Positions 1 through 14,721 of a stretch of 64,000 nt of DNA are shown here, piece by piece. How positions within the stretch are numbered: position 1 is the first letter of the stretch; the number at the start of each line of letters is the position of its first letter. The DNA is taken from NCBI RefSeq assembly GCF_009914755.1, contig NC_060928.1, one strand, 5' to 3'. The position numbers were made by a program, and so were the translations under genes. A model generated the notes under the pieces. It made no database searches. It was given only the letters and a program-made list of their open reading frames with translations, and was not told where the DNA came from. This stretch comes from the human T2T-CHM13v2.0 reference genome, Homo sapiens.

Positions 1-317
1 TGGGTACTTTGATATTTTATGTACAGTATATAATACATACTTTGGGTACTTTGATATTTTATGTACAGTATGTAATACATAATTTGGGTACTTTTATATT
101 TTATGTATAGTATATAATACTTACTTTGGGTACTTTGATATTTTATGGACAGTGTATAATACATACTTTGGGTACTTTGATATTTTATGTACAGTATATA
201 ACATATAGTTTGGGTAATTTGATATTTTATATACAGTATATAATACATACTTTGGGTACTTTGATATTTTATGTACAGTATATAATACATACTTTGGGTA
301 CTTTGATATTTCATGCA

Positions 318-502
318 CAGTATACAATATATAGTTTGAGTACTTTGATATTTTATGTACTGTATAAAATATATAGTTTTGGTACTTTGATATTTTATGT
401 ACAGTATATAGTTTGAGTACCTTGATATTTTATGTACAGTTTGTTATAAATGTTTGGGTGCTTTCATATTTTATGTACAGTATATAATACATACTTTGGG
501 CA
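318..502 (+). repeat. First example of the recurrent junction cassette (about 95 copies in the window)
   Basis: Ordered variant monomers: ACAATATATAGTTTGAGT, then AAAATATATAGTTTTGGT, then a 35-bp monomer (ACAGTATATAGTTTGAGT), then a 41-bp monomer (ACAGTTTNTTATAAATGTTTGGGT), then a TTTCATA...GGGCAC monomer. It recurs at about 1415, 1827, 3575, 4480, 4934 and onward to 63199 and 63821. Many + strand ORFs end in YIV and many - strand ORFs end in NCT/KCT at these sites. Confidence 0.9.
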
Positions 503-3500
503 CTTTGATATCTTATGTACAGTATATAATACATACTTTGGGTTCTCTGATATTTTCTGTACAGTGTATAATACATACTTTGGGTACTTTGATATTTTAT
601 GTACAATATATAATACATACGTTGGGAACTTTGATATATTATGTACAGTATATAATACATACTTTGGGTACTTTGACATTTTATCTACAGTATACAACAC
701 ATAGTTTGTGTACTTTGATATTTTATGTACAGTATATAATACATACTTTGGGTACTTTGATATTTTATGTACAGTACATAATACATACTTTGGGTACTTT
801 CATATTTTATGTACAGTATATAATATATAGTTTGGTTACTTTGATATTTTATCTACAGTTTATAATACATACTTTGGATACTTTGAAACTTTATGTACAG
901 TATATAATACGTACTTTGGGTACTTTGATATTTTATGTACAGTATAAAATATATAGTTTGAGTACTTTAATATTTTATGTGCAGTATAAAATATATAGAT
1001 TTGGTACTTTCATATTTTATGTACAGTATATAGTTTGAGTACTTTGATATTTTATGTACAGTATATAATACATACTTTGGGTACTTTGATATTTTATGTA
1101 CAGTATATAATACATACTTTGGGTATCTTGATATTTTATGTACAGTATATAGTTTGAGTACTTTGATATTTAATGTACAGTTTATTATAAATGTTTGGGT
1201 GCTTTCATATTTTATATACAGTATATAATACATACTTTGGGCACTTTGATATTTTCTGTACAGTATATATTACATACTTTGGGTACTTTGATATTTTATG
1301 TACAGTATACAATATATAGTTTGAGTACTTTGATATTTTATGTACTGTATAAAATATATAGTTTTGGTACTTTGATATTTTATGTACAGTATATAGATTG
1401 AGTACTTTGATATTTTATGTACAGTTTGTTATAAATGTTTGGGTGCTTTCATATTTTATGTACTGTATATAATACATGCTTTGGGCACTTTGATATTTTA
1501 TGTACAGTATATAATACATACTTTGGGTACTCTGATATTTTATGTACAGTGTATAATACATACTTTGGGTACTTTGATATTTTATGTACAGTATATAATA
1601 CATACTTTGGGAACTTTGATATTTTATGTACAGTATGTAATACATACTTTGGGTACTTTGATATTTTATGTACAGTATATAATACATACTATTGGTACTT
1701 TGATATTTTATGTACAGTATACAATATATAGTTTGAGTACTTTGATATTTTATGTCCAGTATAAAATATATAGATTTCATAGTTTGATATTTTATGTACT
1801 GAATGTAGTTTGAGTACTTTGATATTTTATGTACACTTTATTATAAAAGTTTGGGTACTTTCATATTTTACGTACAGTATATAATACATACTTTGGGCAC
1901 TTTGATGTTTTATGTACAGTATATAATACATACTTTGGGTTCTTTGATATTTTATGTACAGCATATAATACATAATTTGGGGACTTTTATATTTTATGTA
2001 CCTTATATTATACATACTTTGGGTACTTTTATATTTTATGTACGGTATATAATACATACTTTGGGTACTTTGATATATTATGTACAGTATATAATACATA
2101 CTTTGGGTACTTTGATATATTATGTACTGTATATAATACATACTAAGGGTACTTTGACATTTTATGTACAGTACATAATACATACTTTGGGTACTTTGAT
2201 ATTTTATGTACAGTATATAATGCATACTTTGGATACTTTGATATTTTATGGACAGTATATAATACATACTTTGGGTACTTTGATATTTTATGTACAGTAT
2301 GTAATACATAATTTGGGTAATTTAATATTTTATTTATAGTATATAATACATACTTTGGGTACCTTGATATTTTATGGACAGTGTATAATACATACTTTGG
2401 GTACTCTGATATTTTATGTACAGTGTATAATATATAGTTTGGGTACTTTGATAATTTATGTGCAGTATATAGTTTGAGTACTTTGATATTTTATGTACAG
2501 TTTATTATCAATGTTTGGTTACTTTCACATTTTATGTACAGTATATAATACATAATTTGGGCACTTTGATATTTTATGTACAGTATATAATACATACTTT
2601 GGGTACTTTTGTATTTTATGTACAGTATATAATACATAGTTTGGGTACTTTGATATTTAATGTATAGTATATAATACACACTTTGCGTACTTTGATATTT
2701 TATGTAAAGTATGTAATACATACTTTGGGTACTTTGATATTTTATGTACACTATGTAATACACACTTTGGGTACTTTGATATGTTATGTACAGTATGTAA
2801 AACATACTTTGGGTAGTTTGGTATTTTATGATCAGTATATAATACATATTTTGGGTACTTTGATATTTTATGTACAGTATATAATACATACTTTGGGTAC
2901 TTTGATAGTTTATGTACAGTATATAATGCATAATTTGGATACTTTTATAGTTTATGCACAGTATATAATACATACTTTGGGTACTTTGATATTTTATCTA
3001 CAGTATATAATGCATACTTTGGGTACTTTGATAGTTTATGTACAGTATACAATACATACTTTGGGTACTTTGATATTTTATGTACAGTATATAATATGTA
3101 GTTTGGGTACTTTGATATTTTAACTACAGTATATAATACATACTTTGGGTACTTTGATATTTTATCTACAGTATATAATACATACTTTGGGTACTTTGAC
3201 ATATCATGTACAGTATATAATACATAGTTTGGGTACTTTGGTATTTTTTGTACAGTATGTAAAACATAATTTGGGGAGTTTGATATTTTATGAACAGTAT
3301 ATAATACACATTTTGGGTACTTTGATATTTTATGTACAGTATATAATACATACTTTGGGTACTTTGATATTTTATGTACAGTATATAATACATACTTTGG
3401 GTACTTTGATATTTTATGTACAGTATATAATACATACATTGGGTACTTCGATATTTTATGTGCAGTACACTATATATAGTTTGGGTACTTTGATATTTTA

Positions 3501-5759
3501 TGTCCAGTATAAAATAAATAGTTTTGGTACTTTGATATTTTATGTACAGTATATAGCTTGAGTACTTTGATATTTAATGTACAGTTTATTATAAATGTTT
3601 GGGTGCTTTCATATTTTATATACAGTATATAATACATACTTTGGGCACTTTGATATTTTATGTACAGTATATAATACATTCTTTGGGTACTTTCGTATTT
3701 TATGTACGGTATATAATACATACATTGGGTACTTTGATATTTTATGTACAGTATATAATATATAGTTTGGGTACTTTGATATTTTATATACAGTATATAA
3801 TATATATTATGTGTACTTTGATATATTATGTACAGTATATAATATATAGTTTGGGTTGTTTGATATTTTATGTACAGTATATAATATATAGTTTGGGTAG
3901 TTTGATATTTTAAGTAGAGTTTGTAATATATACTTTGTGTAATTTAATATTTTATGTACAGTATACAATATATAGTATTGGTACTTTGATATTTCATGTA
4001 AAGTATATAGTTTGAGTACTTTGATATTTTATATAGAGTTTATTATAAAAGTTTGGGTACCTTCATATTTTATGTACAGTATATAATACATACTTTGGGA
4101 ACTTTTATTTTATGTGCAGTATATAATACATACTTTGGGTACTTTGATATTTTATGTGCAGTATATAATACACACTTTGGGGACTTTGATATTTTATGTA
4201 CAGTATATAATACACACTTTGGGTACTTTGATATTTTATGTACAGTATATAATACATACTTGGGTACTTTGATATTTTTTGTACAGTATATAATACATAC
4301 TTTGGGTACTTTAATATTTTATGTATAGTATATAATACATACTTTGTGTAGTTTGATATTTTATGTACAGTATACAATATATAGTTTGAGTACTTTGATA
4401 TTTTATGTCCAGTATAAAATATATAGTTTTCCTAATTGATATTTTATGTACAGAATATAGTTTGAGTACTTTGATATTTTATGTACACTTTATTATAAAT
4501 GTTTGGGTACTTTCATATTTTATGTACAGTATATAATACATACTTTGGTCTCTTTGATGTTTTATGTACAGTATATAATACATACTTTGGGTTCTTTGAT
4601 ATTTTATGTGCAGAATATAATGCATAGTTTTAGGTACTTTTATATTTTATGTACAGTATATAATACATACTTTGGGTACTTTGATATTTTATGTACAGTA
4701 TACAATACATACTTTGGGAACTTTGATATTTTATGTACAGTATGTAATACATACTTTGGGTACTTTGATATTTTATGTACAGTATATAATACATATTATT
4801 GGTACTTTGATATTTTATGTACAGTATACAATATATAGTTTGAGTACTTTGATATTTTATGTCCAGTATAAAATACATAGATTTCATACTTTGATATTTT
4901 ATGTACAGAATATAGTTTGAGTACTTTGATATTTTATGTACACTTTATCATAAAAGTTTGGGTACTTTCATATTTTACGTACAGTATATAATACATACTT
5001 TGGGCACTTTGATGTTTTATGTACAGTATATAATACATACTTTGTGTTCTTTGATATGTTATGTACAGCATATAGTACATAATTTGGGGACTTTTATATT
5101 TTATGTACATTATATAATACATACTTTGGGTACTTTTATATTTTATGTACGGTATATAATGCATACTTTGGGTACTTTGATATATTATGTACAGTATATA
5201 ATACATACTTTGCGTACTTTGATATATTATGTACAGTATATAATACATACTTAGGGTACTTTGACATTTTATGTACAGTACATAATACATACTTTGGGTA
5301 CTTTGATATTTTATGTACAGTATATAATACATACTTTGTGTACTTTGATATTTTATGTACAGTATAAAATACATATTTTGGGTACTTTTATATTTTATGT
5401 ACAGTATATAATATATAGTTTGGGTACTTTGATATTTTATGTACGGTATATAATACATACTTTGGGTACTTTGATATTTTATGTACAGTATATAATACAT
5501 ACTTTTGTACTTTGATATTTTATGTACAGTATATAATACATACTTTGGGTACTTTGATATTTAATGTACAGTATATAATACACACTTTGCGTACTTTGAT
5601 ATTTTATGTAAAGTATGTAATACATACTTTGGGTACTTTGATATTTTATGTACAGTATGTAATACACACTTTGGGTACTTTGATATTTTATGTAAAGTAT
5701 GTAAAACATACTTTGGGTAGTTTGGTATTTTATGATCATTATATAATACATATTTTGGG

Positions 5760-7935
5760 TACTTTGATATTTTATGTACAGTATATAATACATACTTTGG
5801 GTACTTTGATATTTTATGTACAGTATATAATGCATAATTTGGGTACTTCAATAGTTTATGCACAGCATATAATACATATTTTGGGTAATTTGATATTTTA
5901 TGTACAGTATATAATGCATACTTTGGGTACTTTGATAGTTTATGTACAGTATACAATACATACTTTGGGTACTTTGATATTTTTTGTACAGTATATAATA
6001 TGTAGTTTGGGTACTTTGATATTTTAACTGCAGTATATAATACATACTTTGGGTACTTTGATATTTTATCTACAGTATATAATAGATACTTTGGGTACTT
6101 TGATATATTATGTACAGTATATAATACATAGTTTGGTTACTTTGATATTTTTTGTACAGTATGTAAATCATACTTTGGGGAGTTTGATATTTTATGAAAA
6201 GTATATAATACACATTTTGGGTACTTTGATATTTTATGTACGGTATATAATACATACTTTGGGTACTTTGATATTTTATGTACAGTATATAATTCATACT
6301 TTGGGTACTTTGATATTTTATGTACAGTATATAATACATACATTGGGTACTTCGATATTTTATGTGCAGTAACCTATGTATAGTTTGGGTACTTTGATAT
6401 TTTATGTCCAGTATAAAATAAATAGTTTTGGTACTTTGATATTTTATGTACAGTATATAGTTTGAGTACTTTCATATTTAATGTTCAGTTTATTATAAAT
6501 GTTTGGGTGCTTTCATATTTTATATACAGTATATAATACATACTTTGGGCACTTTGATATTTTCTGTACAGTATATAATACATACTTTGGGTACTTTGAT
6601 ATTTTATGTACGGTATATAATACATACATTGGGTACTTTGATATTTTATGTACAGTATATAATATATAGTTTGGTTACTTTGATATTTTATATACAGTAT
6701 ATAATATATATTATCTGTACTTTGATAAATTATGTACAGTATATAATATATAGTATGGGTTGTTTGATATTTTATGTACAGTATATAATATATAGTTTGG
6801 GTAGTTTGATATTTTTAGTACAGTATGTAATATATAGTTTGTTTTATTTGATATTTTATGTACAGTATACAATATATAGTGTTGGTACTTTGATATTTCA
6901 TGTAAAGTATATAATTTGAGTACTTTGATATTTTATATGCAGTTTATTATAAATGTTTGGGTACCTTCATATTTTATGTACAGTATATAATACATACTTT
7001 GGGAACTTTTACTTTATGTGCAGTATATAATACATACTTTGGGTACTTTGATATTTTATGTACAGTATATAATATATACTTTGGGAACTCTGATATTTTA
7101 TGTACAGTATGTAAAACATACTTCGGGTACTTTGATATTTTATGTACAGTATATAATACATACTATTGGTACTTTGATATTTTATGTACATTATACAATA
7201 TATAGTTTGAGTACTTTGATATTTTATGTCCAGGATAAAATATATAGATTTCATACTTTAATATTTTATGTACAGAAGATAGTTTGAGTACTTTGATATT
7301 GTATGTACACTTTATTATAAAAGTTTGGGTACTTTCATATTTTACGTACAGTACATAATACACACTTTGGGCACTTTGATGTTTTATGTACAGTATATAA
7401 TACATACTTTAGGTTCTTTTATATTTTATGTACAGCATATAATACAAAATTTGGGGACTTTTATATTTTATGTACATTATATAATACATACTTTGGGTAC
7501 TTTTATATTTTATGTACGGTATATAATACATACTTTGGGTACTTTGATATATTATGTACAGTATATAATACATACTTTGGGTACTTTGATATATTATGTA
7601 CAGTATATAATACATACTTAGGGTACTTTGACATTTTATGTACAGTATATAATACATACTTTGGGTACTTTGATATTTTATGAACAGTATATAAAACATA
7701 CTTTGGGTACTTTGATATTTTATGTACTGTATATAATACATACTTTGGGTACTTTTATATTTTATGTACAGTATATAATATATAGTTTGGGTACTTTGAT
7801 ATTTTATGTACGGTATATAATACATACGTTGGGTACTTTGATATTTTATGTATAGTATATAATACATTCTTTGGGTACTTTGATATTGTATGTACAGTAT
7901 ACAATATATAGTTTGAGTACTTTGATATTTTATGT
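5760..7935 (+). repeat. Higher-order block duplicated at about 33302-35477 (offset 27542)
   Basis: ORF-track pairs 6049/33591, 6503/34045, 6957/34499, 7325/34867 and 7628/35170 share the offset. Rare variants are shared (tccaggataa, cttcggg, tttaggttctttt, atacaaaatttgggg). Confidence 0.88.
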
Positions 7936-10900
7936 ACAGTTTTTTATAAATATTTTGGTGCTTTCATATTTTATGTACAGTATATAATACATACAAAGCG
8001 CACTTTGATATTTTATGTACAGTATATAATACATACTTTGGGTACTCTGATATTTTATGTACAGTGTATAATACATACTTTGGGTACTTTGATATTTTAT
8101 GTACAATATATAATACATACGTTGGGAACTTTGATATATTATGTACAGTATATAATTCATACTTTGGGTACTTTGATATTTTATGTACAGTATATAATAC
8201 ATAGTTTGTGTACTTTGATATTTTATGTACAGTATATAATACATACTTTGGGTACTTTGATATTTTATATACAGTATATAATACATACTTTGGGTACTTT
8301 CATATTTTATGTACAGTATATAATACATACTTTGGGTAGTTTCATATTTTATGTACAATATACAATATATAGTTTGAGTACTTTGATATTTTATGTGCAG
8401 TATAAAATATATAGTTTTGGTACTTTGATATTTTATGTACAGTTTATAGTTTGAATACTTTGATATTTTATGTACAGTTTATTATAAATGTTTGGGTACT
8501 TTCATATTTGATGTACAGTATATAATACATAATCTGGGCACTTTGATATTTTATGTACAGTATATAATACATACTTTGGGTACTTTGATATTTTATGTAC
8601 AGTATATAATACATACTTTGGGTATCTTGATATTTTATGTACAGTATATAATGCATACTTTGGGTTCTTTGATATTTTATGTACAGTATATAATGCATAC
8701 TTTGAGTACTTTGATATTTTATATACAGTATATAATACATACTTTGGGTACTTTCATATTTTATGTACAGTATATAATACATACTTTGTGTAGTTTCATA
8801 TTTTATGTACAGTATACAATATATAGTTTGAGTACTTTGATATTTTATGTCCAGTATAAAATATATAGTTTTCGTAATTGATATTTTATGTACAGAATAT
8901 AGTTTGAGTACTTTGATATTTTATGTACACTTTATTATAAATGTTTGGGTACTTTCATATTTTATGTACAGTATATAATACATACTTTGGTCTCTTTGAT
9001 GTTTTATGTACAGTATATAATACATACTTTGGGTTCTTTGATATTTTATGTGCAGAATATAATGCATAGTTTTAGGTACTTTTATATTTTATGTACAGTA
9101 TATAATACATACTTTTCGTACTTTGATATTTTATGTACAGTATATAATACATACTTTGGGTACTTTTATATTTTATGTACAGTATATAATACATACTTTG
9201 GGTACTTTGATATATTATGTACAGTATATAATACATAATTTGTCTACTGTGATATATTATGTACAGTATATAATACATACTTTGGGTACTTTGATATTTT
9301 ATGTACAGAATATAATGCATACTTTAGGTACTTTGATATTTTATGTACAGTATATAATACATACTTTGGGTACTTTGATATTTTATGTACAGTATATAAT
9401 ACATACTTTGGTACTTTTATATTTCATGTACAGTATATAATATATAGTTTGGGTACTTTGATATTTTATGTACAGTATATAATATATAGTTTGGGTACTT
9501 TGATATTTTATGTACGGTATATAATACATACTTTGGGTACTTTGACATTTTATGTATAGTATATAATACATACTTTGGGTACTTTGATATTGTATGTACA
9601 GTATACAATATATAGTTTGAGTACTTTGATATTTTATGTACTGTATAAAATATATAGTTTTGGTACTTTGATATTTTATGTATAGTATATAGTTTGAGTA
9701 CTTTGATATTTTATGTACAGTTTTTTATAAATATTTGGGTGCTTTCTTATTTTATGTACAGTATATAATACATACTAAGCGCACTTTGATATTTTATGTA
9801 CAGTATAGAATACATACTTTGGTTACTCTGATATTTTATGTACAGTGTATAATACATACTTTGGGTACTTTGATATTTTATGTACAATATATAATACATA
9901 CGTTGGGAACTTTGATATATTATGTACAGTATATAATTCATGCTTTGGGTACTTTGATATTTTATGTACAGTATATAATGCATAGTTTGTGTACTTTGAT
10001 ATTTTATGTACAGTATATAATACATACTTTGGGTACTTTGATATTTTATATACAGTATATAATACATACTTTGGGTACTTTCATATTTTATGTACAGTAT
10101 ATACTATATAGTTTGGGTACTTTGATATTTTATCTACAGCTTCTAATACATACTTTGGGTACTTTGATATTTTATGTACAGTATATAATACATACTTTGG
10201 GTAGTTTGATATTTTATGTATAGTATACAATATATAGTTTGAGTACTTTCATATTTTATCAGCAGTATAAAATATATAGTTTTGGTACTTTGATATTTTA
10301 TGTACAGTTTATAGTTTGAGTACTTTGATATTTTATGTACAGTTTATTATAAATGTTTGGGTACTTTCATATTTGATGTACAGTATATAATACATAATTT
10401 GGGCACTTTGATATTTTATGTACAGTATATAATACATACTTTGGGTACTTTTATATTTTATGTTCAGTATATAATACATAATTTGGGAACTTTGATATTT
10501 AATGTACAGTATATAATACACACTTTGCGTACTTTGATATTTTATGTAAAGCATGTAATACATACTTTGGGCACTTTGATATTTTATGTACAGTATGTAA
10601 TACACACTTTGGGTACTTTGATATTTTATGTACAGTATGTAAAAGATACTTTGGGTAGTTTGATATATTATGTACAGTATATAATACATACTTTGGGTAC
10701 TCTGATATTTTATGTACAGTGTATAATACATACTTTGGGTACTTTGATATTTTATGTACAGTATATAATACATACATTGGGTACTTTGATATATTATGTA
10801 CAGTATATAATACTTACTTGGGGTACTTTGATATTTTATGTACAGTATATAATACATACTTTGTGTACTTTGATATTTTATGTACAGTATATAATACATA

Positions 10901-11204
10901 CTTTGGGTACTTTGATATTTTATGTACAGTATATAATACATACTTTGGGTATCTTGATATTTTATATACAGTATATAATGCATACTTTGGGTACTTTGAT
11001 ATTTTATGTACAGTATATAATGCATACTTTGAGTACTTTGATATTTTATGTACAGCATGTAATACATACTTTGGGTACTTTGATATTTTTTGTACAGTAT
11101 GTAATACATAATTTGGGTACTTTAATATTTTATGTATAGTATATAATACATACTTCGGGTTCTTTGATATTTTATGTACAGTATATAATACATACATTGG
11201 GTAC

Positions 11205-13385
11205 CTTCATATTTCATGTACAGTATATAATATATAGTTTGGATACTTTGGTATATTATGTACTGTATATAATACATACTTTGAGTACTTTGATATTTTA
11301 TGTACAGTATATAATACATACTTTGCGTACTTTGATATTTTATGTCCAGTATAGAATATATACTTTTGGTAGTTTGATATTTTATGTACAGTATATAGTT
11401 TGAGTACTTTCACATTTTATGTACAGTTTATTATAAATGTTTGGGTGTTTTCATATTTTATGTACTGTATATAATACATACATTGGGCACTTTGATATAT
11501 TATGTACAGTATATAATACATACTTTGGGTACTCTGATATTTTATGTACAGTATATAATACACACTTTGGGTACTTTGATATTTTATGTACAGGATATAA
11601 TGCATACTTTGGGTACTTTGATAGTTTATGTACAGTATATAATACATACTTTGGGTACTTTGATATTCTATGTATAGTATAAAATATACAGTTTGGGTAC
11701 TTTGATATTTTATGTACAGTATGTAAAACATACTTTGGGGAGTTTGATATTTTATGTACAGTATGTAAAACATACTTTGGGGAGTTTGATATTTTATGAA
11801 CAGTATATAATACACATTTTGTGTACTTTGATATTTTATGTACAGTATATAATACATACTTTGGGTACTTTGATATTTTATGTACAGTATATAATACATA
11901 CTTTGGGTACTTTGATATTTTATGTACAGTATACAATATATAGTTTGAGTACTTTGATATTTTATGTACTGTATAAAATATATAGTTTTGGTACTTTGAT
12001 ATTTTATGTACAGTATATAGTTTGAGTACTTTGATATTTTATGTACAGTTTGTTATAAATATTTGGGTGCTTTCATATTTTATGTACTGTATATAATACA
12101 TGCTTTAGGCACTTTGATATTTTATGTACAGTATATAATACATACTTTGGGTACTCTGATATTTTATGTACAGTGTATAATACATACTTTGGGTACTTTG
12201 ATATTTTATGTACAGTATATAATGCATACATTGGGTACTTTGATATATTATGTACAGTATATAATACTTACTTGGGGTACTTTGATATTTTATGTACAGT
12301 ATATAATACATAGCTTGTGTACTTTGATATTTTATGTACAGTATATAATACATACTATTGGTACTTTGATATTTTATGTACAGTATACAATATATTGTTT
12401 GAGTACTTTGATATTTTATGTCCAGTATAAAATATATAGATTTCGTACTTTGATATTTTATGTACAGAATATAGTTTGAATACTTTGATATTTTATGTAC
12501 ACTTTATTATAAAAGTTTGGGTACTTTCATATTTTACGTACAGTATGTAATACATACTTTGGGCACTTTGATGTTTTATGCACAGTATATAATACATACT
12601 TTGGGTACTTTTATATTTTATGTACAGTATATAATACATAGTTTGGGTACTTTGATATTTAATATACAGTATAAAATGCACACTTTGCGTACTTTGATAT
12701 TTTATGTAAAGTATGTAATACATACTTTGGGTAGTTTGATATTTTATGTACAGTATGTAATACACACTTTGGGTACTTTGATATTTTATGTACAGTATGT
12801 AAAACATACTTTGGGTAGTTTGATATTTTATGATCAGTATATAATACACATTTTGGGTACTTTGATATTTTATGTACAGTGTATAATACATACGTTGGGT
12901 ACTTTGATATTTTATGTACAGGATATAATGCATACTTTGGGTACTTTGATAGTTTATGTACAGTATATAATACTTACTTTGAGTACTTTGATATTTTATA
13001 TATAGTATAAAATATATAGTTTGGGTAGTTTGATATTTTAAGTATAGTATATGATACATACTTTGGGTACTTAGATATTTTATCTACAGTGTATAATAAA
13101 TACTATGGGTACTTTGATATATTATGTACAATAGATAATACATACTTTGGGTACTTTGATATTTTATGTACAGTATATAATACATACTTTGGGTACTTTG
13201 ATATTTTATGTACAGTATATAATACATACATTGGGTGCTTTCATATTTCATGTACACTTTATAATATATAGTTTGGGTACTTTGGTATATTATGTACTGT
13301 ATATAATACATACTTTGAGTATTTTGATATTTTATGTACAGTATATAATACATACTTTGGGTACTTTGATATTTTATGTACAGTA
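11205..13385 (+). repeat. Higher-order block duplicated at about 40893-43073 (offset 29688)
   Basis: ORF pairs 11417/41105, 11693/41381, 12063/41751, 12493/42181 and 13084/42772. Shared rare variants include tgctttaggc, tttaagtatagtatatgata and aataaatactatggg. Confidence 0.88.
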
Positions 13386-14721
13386 TACAATATATACTTT
13401 GCATATTTTGATATTTTATGTCCAGTATAGAATATATAGTTTTGGTAGTTTGATATTTTATGTAGAGTATATAGTTTGGGTACTTTCACATTTTATGTAC
13501 AGTTTATTATAAATGTTTGGGTGTTTTCATATTTTATGTACTGTATATAATACTTACTTTGGGCACATTGATATTTTATGTACAGTATATAATACATACT
13601 TTGGGTACTCTGATATTTTATGTACAGTATATAATACATAATTTGGGTAGTTTGATATTTTATGTACAGTATATAATACTTACTTGGGGTATCTTGATAT
13701 TTTATGTACAGTATATAATGCATACTTTGGGTACTTTGATATTTTATGTACAGTATATAATGCATACTTTGAGTACTTTGATATTTTATGTACAGTATGT
13801 AATACATACTTTGGGTACTTTGATATTTTATGTATAGTATATAATACATACTTTGTGTAGTTTGATATTTTATGTACAGTATACAATATATAGTTTGAGT
13901 ACTTTGATATTTTATGTCCAGTATAAAATATATAGTTTTCCTAATTGATATTTTATGTACAGAATATAGTTTGAGTACTTTGATATTTTATGTACACTTT
14001 ATTATAAATGTTTGGATACTTTCATATTTTATGTACAGTATATAATACATACTTTGGTCTCTTTGATGTTTTATGTACAGTATATAATACATACTTTGGG
14101 TTCTTTGATATTTTATGTGCAGAATATAATGCATAGTTTTAGGTACTTTTATATTTTATGTACAGTATATAATACATACTTTGGGTACTTTGATATTTTA
14201 TGTACAGTATATAATACATACTTTGGGTACTTTGATATTTTATGTACAGTATATAATACATATTATTGGTACTTTGATATTTTATGTCCAGTATAGAATA
14301 TATAGTTTTGGTAGTTTGATATTTTATGTACAGTATATAGTTTGAGTACATTGATATTTTATGTACACTTTCTTATAAATGTTTGGATACTTTCATATTT
14401 TATGTACAGTATATAATACATACTTTGGGCACTTTGATATTTTATGTACAGTATACAATACATACTTTGGGTACTTTTTTTATTTTATGTACAGTATATA
14501 ATACATAATTTGGGTACTTTGATATTTTATTTACAGTATATAATGCATACTTTGGGTACTTTGATGTTTTATGTACAGTATATAATACATACTTAGGGTA
14601 CTTTGACATTTTATGTGCAGTACATAATACATACTTTGGATGCTTTGTTATTTTAAATACAGTATGTAATACATATTTTGGGTACTTTGATATTTTATGT
14701 ACAGTATATAATACATACTTT

